Shown here: in pieces, positions 57,148 to 64,000 of the stretch
How the letters are laid out: each line of letters starts with the position of its first letter
Numbering within the stretch: position 1 is the stretch's first letter
Assembly: GCA_037481835.1 (NCBI GenBank)
Contig: JBBFKW010000006.1
Location: 152,173-216,172 of the forward strand
Origin: Desulfosoma sp.
GTDB lineage: Bacteria > Desulfobacterota > Syntrophobacteria > Syntrophobacterales > DSM-9756
DNA length: 64,000 nt
Direction of reading: 5' to 3'
Program-made: the position numbers and the translations under genes
Notes under the pieces: model-generated
Told to the model about the DNA's origin: nothing
The model's input: the letters and a program-made list of their open reading frames with translations, nothing else
Database searches by the model: none

Positions 57148-58326
57148 ATGAACATTCTTGTTTTTTCCACCAATTCCCATTATCGGAAACAGCCGATCGG
57201 AGGGGCGGAAACCTCCTTGAGGTTCATTGCTGAAAAGCTCGCGCGCGTGGGCGAAAAGGTTGTTTACGTGACGGGTTCCGATCGGAAGCTTCCAGGCCTT
57301 AAAGTTCAGGAGATCAACGGCGTGAAGGTCTACTTCATCTCGCCCCTGAAATGGCCTTCGTGGAAGAAGGGAACCGTATCCCCGATGAAGTTGCGCTTCA
57401 CTCGGTTTCAGTTGCGGTTGGCGCTCGGACTCATTTTGAAAAAAGAACAATCCCAACTCGTCCATACATACAGTGAATCGGACACCTATGAAGTCTTGAG
57501 AGTAAGGAAACGGTATCGAATCCCAGTGAAGGTTGTCATTCGGCAGGCGGGACTTTGGTTCCGTTACGCGTGTGCCGCGGACCCGGTCCAGAGGAAACGA
57601 ACAGAGGAAGTGTACAACGAGGTTGACCAAATCGCTTTTATTTCGCCGGGCCTGAAGGACATGTTTTTTGCGGAAATCGACAAACTGGGAATGAAGGTCC
57701 AGAACAAGAACATCACGGTTCTAGACATCGGGTTTAATAACAATGTTTTCCGTGGAAAGTGGATCTATCCCAAGGCTCCTCCCTTTCGGCTTGTCATGGT
57801 GGCACGATTGACCTTTACCGACAAGCGACAGGATCTCTTGATCCAGGCGCTAAGCCTGTTGGGTGATGCAAACGTGGAACTCCACCTCGTCGGGGACGGC
57901 CCCAATCGACATCGCCTTGTCGACTTGGCCGAAGAGCTGAAAGTGCGCGATCGAACCTTTTTTCATGGCTTCATCGATCAGGAAAAAGTCCAAGACATTT
58001 TACTCAACTCGCATCTTTTTTGCATTTCAACCAACAACGAAGGTCTCTGCAAGAGCGTTATTGAAGCCATGTCCATCGGATTGCCCGTGGTGGCCTCCGA
58101 TGTGGGCTCGCTGAACACCTTCATACAAGATGGGAAGAATGGCTTTCTTACGCCCAACGATACGGAATCATGGGCGAAGACCATTAGAGCGGCACTGAGT
58201 GACCGGCAACGATTGGAAAGCATTTCACAAAGCGAGATAGATTTTGTCAGATCTCACTACGATCCGGACGCCAATGTCTTAAAATACAGAGAGATATTTC
58301 AATATGTGTTATCTCGACACCCTTGA
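57148..58326 (+). CDS. Glycosyltransferase family 4
   Basis: GGAE, VGDGP, EGLCKSVIEAMSIGLPVVASDVG. Confidence 0.88.
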   Translation: MNILVFSTNSHYRKQPIGGAETSLRFIAEKLARVGEKVVYVTGSDRKLPGLKVQEINGVKVYFISPLKWPSWKKGTVSPMKLRFTRFQLRLALGLILKKEQSQLVHTYSESDTYEVLRVRKRYRIPVKVVIRQAGLWFRYACAADPVQRKRTEEVYNEVDQIAFISPGLKDMFFAEIDKLGMKVQNKNITVLDIGFNNNVFRGKWIYPKAPPFRLVMVARLTFTDKRQDLLIQALSLLGDANVELHLVGDGPNRHRLVDLAEELKVRDRTFFHGFIDQEKVQDILLNSHLFCISTNNEGLCKSVIEAMSIGLPVVASDVGSLNTFIQDGKNGFLTPNDTESWAKTIRAALSDRQRLESISQSEIDFVRSHYDPDANVLKYREIFQYVLSRHP

Positions 58327-58338
58327 TGGCAATTAGAC

Positions 58339-59127
58339 ATGAACCCTGAACCAATAAGCACTTGGAAGGAGTTCGCCCGACGGGTGCGTTCGCGCGGTTG
58401 CAGTCTTCTCGCCCGGCTGGACGATTTTCCCCGCTCCGTCTTGGTCGCCGGCTGCCAGCGTTCCGGCACGACCATGCTTTCGCGGATCATTACGGGCAGC
58501 GACGGCATGGTCAACTACTGGTTCGGGCCCGACGATGAGCTTGATGCGGCTCTGATTCTTTCGGGCTGGGTGCCCCACGAACCTCGGGGCCGTTATTGCT
58601 TTCAAACCACCTATCTCAACGAGTGTTACGGAGAATACTTCCAGTACCGAAACGGCCATAAGCTCATATGGGTCCTCCGGAACCCGTACTCGGTGGTCTA
58701 CTCGCTTCTGCACAACTGGACCCGGTTCGCCCTCAATGAGTTGTTCCGAGCCTGTGGCGCCCCATACCTGGAAGGGAGACAGCAGCGGTTTTACCGATGG
58801 TTCGGGACGTTGGGGGTGAGCCGCCTGCACCGTGCAGTGCTGGCCTACAACGGGAAGGTTTCCCAGGTTTTCGAGTTGCACGAGGGGCTGGGGCCGGAAC
58901 GTGTTCTCGTCGTGGACTACGACGACTTGGTGCGGCATCGAGAGACGATACTCCCGCAAATCTACGCCTTCATCGATCTTGCCTATCGCGAGGATTACGC
59001 CCGGGCCATCCATACCAAGAGCTTGGGAAAAGCCAATCGGCTGAGCGGCCGCGAACGCTGGCTAATCCAACGCTATTGTGTTCCCGTCTATGAAAAGGCC
59101 CGAAAGCTGGTCTCCATATCCCCGTGA
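58339..59127 (+). CDS. Sulfotransferase-family protein
   Basis: 5'-PSB loop GCQRSGTT, 3'-PB-like RNPYSVVYS, YDDLV. Confidence 0.75.
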   Translation: MNPEPISTWKEFARRVRSRGCSLLARLDDFPRSVLVAGCQRSGTTMLSRIITGSDGMVNYWFGPDDELDAALILSGWVPHEPRGRYCFQTTYLNECYGEYFQYRNGHKLIWVLRNPYSVVYSLLHNWTRFALNELFRACGAPYLEGRQQRFYRWFGTLGVSRLHRAVLAYNGKVSQVFELHEGLGPERVLVVDYDDLVRHRETILPQIYAFIDLAYREDYARAIHTKSLGKANRLSGRERWLIQRYCVPVYEKARKLVSISP

Positions 59128-59148
59128 CTCCGCACAAGGGGCCGGTGT

Positions 59149-60531
59149 ATGCAGGAACAAAAACAAGGAGCTCGCCCGACGAGCGACGACGTGGAGAGGA
59201 TGGCAAGGTTCAGGCGCTCTTTAAGGTTCCTGTTTCTTTGTGAAGACAAGTTCCCGCCCTTTCGAGTGGATCTGTCCGTTCTTTTCGGGCAGGAAATGGT
59301 GCGCCGCGGGCATCGCATCGACTGGATACTGCAGTCCGAAGCCCCATGCCGGAAGTCGTATCGAACTTCAAGGTGCAACTGCACGGTGTGGGTTGGCAAA
59401 ACGGACAACGGAACTTCACGTTGGGCGCGATTGAAGAAAAATGTTTTGCACCTCATCCATTCTTTTCTCGTCTTCCCCCTGGCCCATCGGAACGATTACG
59501 ATTTCATTCAAGTCAAGGATCCCTTCCTGGTCGCGACCGTGGCCATGGTAGCTGCAAAGGCGACCCGCAAGAAGTTTTTTTATTGGATGTCTTTCCCCAT
59601 CGCCGAAAGCTACCTCCACGCCGCCAGGGACGGATCCGCTCGTTATCCGATGATTTACCGGCTGCGCGGCGCCGCTTCCCGCTGGCTTCTTTATCGCGTC
59701 ATCATGCCTCGGGCGGATCACGTTTTTGTGCAGAGCGAGCAAATGAAGCGTGACGTGATGGGGGAAGGCATCCCGCCGTGGAAGCTCACGCCGGTTCCCA
59801 CGGGTGTTTCCATCCATATGGTTAACGCCGGCACCACGAATTTTAAACAAGACCGGGCTGTCCTCCCCGCGCCCCCCTCGATCGTCTATCTGGGGACCTT
59901 GGTGCGGGTGAGGAAACTGGACTTCCTGTTGCGCGTATTTTCGATGGTGTTGGAGGAATTTCCTGAAGTACGATTATATCTTGTCGGCGACGGGGAAGAT
60001 CCCGAAGACGCTCGATTCCTTCAGCGGGAAGCCCGCAAGCTCGGCATTTCGGATGCCGTTGTGTTCACCGGTTTTCTACCACGGGACCAAGCGCTGCGCC
60101 TGGTGGCGAAGGCAGACGTTGCCGTCATTCCTTTTTACCCCACGCCCATACTCAACTCCACATCCCCAAACAAGCTCATTGAATACATGGCCTTGGGAAA
60201 GCCCGTGGTGGCCAACGACCACCCGGAACAGCGCCTGATCATCGAAGAAAGCGGCGGCGGGATTTGTGTTCCATACGAAGAGGGTGCTTTCGCGCGAGCG
60301 ATTCTCGAGCTCATGCGGGACCCGACAAAAGCTGCCGAGATGGGCCAAAAAGGCCGTGCTTACGTCCTCAAGCACCGCACCTACCCGAGAATCGCGCAAG
60401 AGTTGGAACACGAGTACTTCCGCCACTCTTGCCATGTGCCGCAGGAGCATTTCTGTTTCGCAGATTCTTGGCCTCAACTTGAACCACACAGTTCAACAAA
60501 TAAGTATTGCCCGACCAAGAAGGCTAACTAA
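59149..60531 (+). CDS. Glycosyltransferase family 4
   Basis: YLGTL, SPNKLIEYMALGKPVVA. Start uncertain. Confidence 0.87.
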   Translation: MQEQKQGARPTSDDVERMARFRRSLRFLFLCEDKFPPFRVDLSVLFGQEMVRRGHRIDWILQSEAPCRKSYRTSRCNCTVWVGKTDNGTSRWARLKKNVLHLIHSFLVFPLAHRNDYDFIQVKDPFLVATVAMVAAKATRKKFFYWMSFPIAESYLHAARDGSARYPMIYRLRGAASRWLLYRVIMPRADHVFVQSEQMKRDVMGEGIPPWKLTPVPTGVSIHMVNAGTTNFKQDRAVLPAPPSIVYLGTLVRVRKLDFLLRVFSMVLEEFPEVRLYLVGDGEDPEDARFLQREARKLGISDAVVFTGFLPRDQALRLVAKADVAVIPFYPTPILNSTSPNKLIEYMALGKPVVANDHPEQRLIIEESGGGICVPYEEGAFARAILELMRDPTKAAEMGQKGRAYVLKHRTYPRIAQELEHEYFRHSCHVPQEHFCFADSWPQLEPHSSTNKYCPTKKAN

Positions 60532-61649
60532 TGCTGATACTGGTGACCGGTCTACGGGGCTTTCCCGGTATTGAGGGCGGAGTGGAAACGCACGCCGAAC
60601 AACTCTACCCGCGTCTGAAGCTTTATGGATGCGACATCGAGGTGACGGTGCGCTCGCCTCACTTTCCTAAGGAAAAGGAGCTTCAGTGGCAGGGTGTCCG
60701 CTTCAAAAGGCTTTGGGCTCCTGGCGGGCACATCAAAGGGTTGGAGTCCTTTGTTCATACCTTCTTAAGCGTTCTTTACGCGGGTATTCGGAAAGCGGAT
60801 CTCGTGCATATTCATGCCGTGGGACCGGCCGTCATGGCCCCGCTGGCCCGGTTGTTCGGACTCAAGGTAGTGGTGACGCACCACGGCCCGGATTACGAAC
60901 GTGAGAAATGGGGGGGACTGGCACGGAGGATCTTGAAGGCGGGGGAAAGCTTGGGTATGCGTTTCGCCCATGAGCGCATTGTCATCTCGAGCGTCATCCA
61001 GGCGCTCGTGGCCGAGAAGTATGGACGCCAATCGGTGTTGATCCCGAACGGCGTGACCCTGCCTGACATACCAAGCACGACCGAGGCCCTGGAACGTTTC
61101 GGGCTGCGCCGGGGAAGATATTTTCTTCAGGTGAGCCGCTTTGTGCCGGAAAAAAGGCAGCTGGACCTGATCGAAGCCTTCCGGCGCATCAACCTGGCGG
61201 GGTGGAAAATCGCCCTCGTGGGGAGATTGGAACCCTCGGACGATTATGGCAAGAAAATTCAGGCCGCCGTGGCGGGCGACGAATCCATCGTCCTTACCGG
61301 GTTTCAAAGCGGCGTCGCCTTGAAAGAACTCTATGCCCACGCCGCCGCCTTCGTGCTCCCGTCGTCTCATGAGGGACTGCCCATCGTCCTGCTCGAGGCC
61401 CTGAGTTTTGGGCTTCCCGTCATCGCCAGTGACATCCCTGCCAACCGCGAACTGGGGCTTCCGGACGGAGATTATTTTCCGCTGGGAGACGTAACGAAAC
61501 TTGCCGCCAAATTAAAGACGGCCGCCCTGACCCCGCGGGATGAACGAAGCTGTGGGGAACGTCGCGAGTGGGTACGCCGCCGGTACGACTGGCAAGAAAT
61601 CGCCGAAAAGACCTACGCTGTCTATAGGCGCGCGATGAACGGGCGCTGA
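60531..61649 (+). CDS. Glycosyltransferase family 4
   Basis: GGVETH, RFVPEK, EGLPIVLLEALSFGLPVIASDI. Confidence 0.9.
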   Translation: MLILVTGLRGFPGIEGGVETHAEQLYPRLKLYGCDIEVTVRSPHFPKEKELQWQGVRFKRLWAPGGHIKGLESFVHTFLSVLYAGIRKADLVHIHAVGPAVMAPLARLFGLKVVVTHHGPDYEREKWGGLARRILKAGESLGMRFAHERIVISSVIQALVAEKYGRQSVLIPNGVTLPDIPSTTEALERFGLRRGRYFLQVSRFVPEKRQLDLIEAFRRINLAGWKIALVGRLEPSDDYGKKIQAAVAGDESIVLTGFQSGVALKELYAHAAAFVLPSSHEGLPIVLLEALSFGLPVIASDIPANRELGLPDGDYFPLGDVTKLAAKLKTAALTPRDERSCGERREWVRRRYDWQEIAEKTYAVYRRAMNGR

Positions 61650-61666
61650 AGGCACGGGGGGACATC

Positions 61667-62920
61667 GTGAAGGTGCTACTCGTCAATAAATTCTTCTTCA
61701 TGAACGGAGGATCGGAAACGGTTTTCTTTCAGGAGAGGGACTTCCTCCGGTCTCAGGGCCACACGGTTGTGGATTTTTCCATGGATCACCCGAGAAACGT
61801 GCCTTCGCCCTACGCGGGCTATTTTGTGCCCCACGTGGATTACCGGGATAACGGCCGGCATGGCGAAGCATCGGGCGTCCTGGGTAAACTTCGAACGGCC
61901 GCCGCCCTGATTCACAACCCAGAGGCTATCCGGAATCTCCATGAGTTGATCCGCAGGGAAAAGCCGCAGATCGCCCATCTTCATAACATCTATCACCAAC
62001 TGACCCCGGCCATCATCCCTTTACTCAAGAAGGCGCGCGTTAGGATCATTATGACGCTTCACGACTACAAACTCATCTGCCCGACATACCTCATGATCCA
62101 CGGCGGCCGCGTGTGCGAGAAATGCGCGGCGGGCCGTTTCGAATGGGCCTTTTTTCGACGATGCCGTGGGGGGGCTTCGATGCAGAGTGCGCTTCTGAGC
62201 ATGGAGGCTTACTGGCACAAGTGGATGAAGACTTATGAGTCCGTGGATCTCTTCTTGTCCCCCAGCAGGTTTCTTGCGCAGCGAATCGCAGCCCACCGAA
62301 TCGATTCCTCTAAGATCCGCGTTCTCCGGAACGGCATCGACACCCGCATTTATCAGCCATCCCGAGAAGACAAGGGTTACATTCTTTATTTCGGCCGCGT
62401 TTCCCGGGAAAAGGGTGTGGAAGTTCTTCTCCAAGCCTATCGTGCGCTGCTTGCCGAATGCGATGGTGCACGGATGATCCTTCCAGGGCTGAAAATTGTG
62501 GGCGATGGCCCCCTTGCCGAAAGATTGGCCCGTGAATATCCTGAAGCTCACTTTACGGGCTACCGGGCGGGCGACGAGTTGCGGCAGCTTGTCTGCGAAT
62601 GCGCTTTCGTCGTCGTACCGTCCCAATGGTATGAGAACTGCTCGATGACCGTGCTGGAGTCCATGGCCATGGGCAAACCGGTCATCGCATCACGGATCGG
62701 CGGGCTCCCGGAACAGGTGGATCACGGTACGACGGGGTTTCTATTCGATTCGGGCGATGCGCACGAATTGAAAAAATACATGCAGTTTCTTGTGGGTTCC
62801 GCCGATCTGAGAAACACAATGGGAAAAGCGGCCAGGGCCAAGGTGGAACGAGAGTATTCCCTGGAAAGCCATTGCGCGCATTTGCTTGAGATTTACGAGG
62901 AACTGCTCGCCCGTGCTTGA
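61667..62920 (+). CDS. Glycosyltransferase family 4
   Basis: TLHDYKLICP, GRVSREKG, ENCSMTVLESMAMGKPVIASRIGG. Confidence 0.9.
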   Translation: MKVLLVNKFFFMNGGSETVFFQERDFLRSQGHTVVDFSMDHPRNVPSPYAGYFVPHVDYRDNGRHGEASGVLGKLRTAAALIHNPEAIRNLHELIRREKPQIAHLHNIYHQLTPAIIPLLKKARVRIIMTLHDYKLICPTYLMIHGGRVCEKCAAGRFEWAFFRRCRGGASMQSALLSMEAYWHKWMKTYESVDLFLSPSRFLAQRIAAHRIDSSKIRVLRNGIDTRIYQPSREDKGYILYFGRVSREKGVEVLLQAYRALLAECDGARMILPGLKIVGDGPLAERLAREYPEAHFTGYRAGDELRQLVCECAFVVVPSQWYENCSMTVLESMAMGKPVIASRIGGLPEQVDHGTTGFLFDSGDAHELKKYMQFLVGSADLRNTMGKAARAKVEREYSLESHCAHLLEIYEELLARA

Positions 62921-62971
62921 GCGCGAGCGGGAACTTTCGAGGATCCGTTCAAATTAAAGCGTGAGGTTGCC

Positions 62972-63964
62972 GTGGAAGCCTGTTTGATCGTCACCTACCG
63001 ATGCAACGCCCGATGCTACATGTGCAACACATGGCAGCATCCGACCCGAAAAAGCGAGGAATTCCCGCCGAGGCTTCTGGAAAAGATCCCTAACAATTTG
63101 TCGTTTGTGAATATCACCGGGGGAGAACCTTTCTTGAGGGAGGATCTGGACGAGATTATCGAAACGGTTCTTCCCAAAACACGGCGACTGGTAATCAGCA
63201 CCAACGGGTATTTCACCCATCGCATGGTGAAGACGGCGGAAAGGTTCGGGAACCGCATCGGGTTTCGAATCTCCATTGAAGGACTGCCGGCGGCCAATGA
63301 CGAACTGAGGGGACTCAAGAACGGGTTCGATCACGGCCTTCGCTCCCTGTTGCAGCTCCATCACATGGGCATCAAGGACCTTGGATTCGGCATCACGGTC
63401 TCCGATCGAAACGCCAAGGACATGATGGAGCTCTGGCATCTTGCCAACGCCATCAACGTGGAGTTCGCCACGGCCACAACCCATAATTCGTACTATTTTC
63501 ATAAGCACGACAACAGCTACAAGAACCGTGAGTTGGTAGCCACGGAATTCGAGCGGATCGCCCTGGAACTCCTGCGAACCCGCAGACCCAAGAACTGGTT
63601 TCGAGCCTATTTCAACATGGGCCTGGCCAACAAGGTGCGGGGGGGCAAGAGACCGTTGCCGTGCGAAGTGGGCACCGACGTCTTTTTCCTGGACCCCTGG
63701 GGAAACGTGATGCCGTGCAACGGTTCCGATGAGCCCATGGTCATGGGGAACCTTCACGAGTCCGACTTCGGGGCAATCTGGCACGGCGAAAAGGCTGCCG
63801 AGATCCGCAGGAGAGTAAAGGGTTGCACCAAGGAATGCTGGATGATCGGTTCGGCTGCTCCGGCCATGAAAAAGAGACTGTGGATCCCTTTAAAATGGAT
63901 TGCCCGGAGCAAACTGGCGTTGATCTTCTCGGGAGCGGAGTGGTCCCCAATGCTGTTGACTTAA
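62972..63964 (+). CDS. Radical SAM protein with a SPASM/twitch-like C-terminus
   Basis: CNARCYMC (CxxxCxxC), TGGEPF, C...GNVMPC...GNL...C. Confidence 0.88.
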   Translation: MEACLIVTYRCNARCYMCNTWQHPTRKSEEFPPRLLEKIPNNLSFVNITGGEPFLREDLDEIIETVLPKTRRLVISTNGYFTHRMVKTAERFGNRIGFRISIEGLPAANDELRGLKNGFDHGLRSLLQLHHMGIKDLGFGITVSDRNAKDMMELWHLANAINVEFATATTHNSYYFHKHDNSYKNRELVATEFERIALELLRTRRPKNWFRAYFNMGLANKVRGGKRPLPCEVGTDVFFLDPWGNVMPCNGSDEPMVMGNLHESDFGAIWHGEKAAEIRRRVKGCTKECWMIGSAAPAMKKRLWIPLKWIARSKLALIFSGAEWSPMLLT

Positions 63965-64000
63965 GAGCGAACAACATGGGGGTGCATTTCGCAAGATGCC

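Noticed and set aside
29459..64000. Absence of a Wzy polymerase or exosortase as a novelty
   Set aside because: The cluster continues past the window end, so absence cannot be claimed.

Overview
GC-rich bacterial window. Gene content and order suggest a deltaproteobacterium (Desulfobacterota/Syntrophobacterales-like); this is inference only. 1-17.1 kb is a housekeeping block: sucC (partial), gatB, mtnA, radA, trxA, trxB, bamD, rho, rpmE, prfA, prmC, murA, comEC. It carries a repeat mosaic around prmC and a ~1.43 kb in-frame repeat expansion inside comEC. 17.3-23.1 kb is a regulatory block: stand-alone receiver, sigma-54 activator with adjacent UAS and -24/-12 promoter, two PilZ proteins, two LuxR-type regulators. 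From 24.2 kb to the window end runs a co-directional gene cluster. It starts with a lasso-peptide-type RiPP module: an unannotated 55-aa precursor (24184-24351), HPr-like kinase, ABC exporter, nucleotidyltransferase, PqqD/RRE (B1) and B2 protease. No lasso cyclase lies next to it, and it continues after 28 bp into a large Wza/Wzc/Wzx exopolysaccharide locus. The best candidate for an undescribed system is this cyclase-less, EPS-coupled lasso-like module with a non-canonical core ending in Ser. All calls come from motif reading by eye; no database searches were run.
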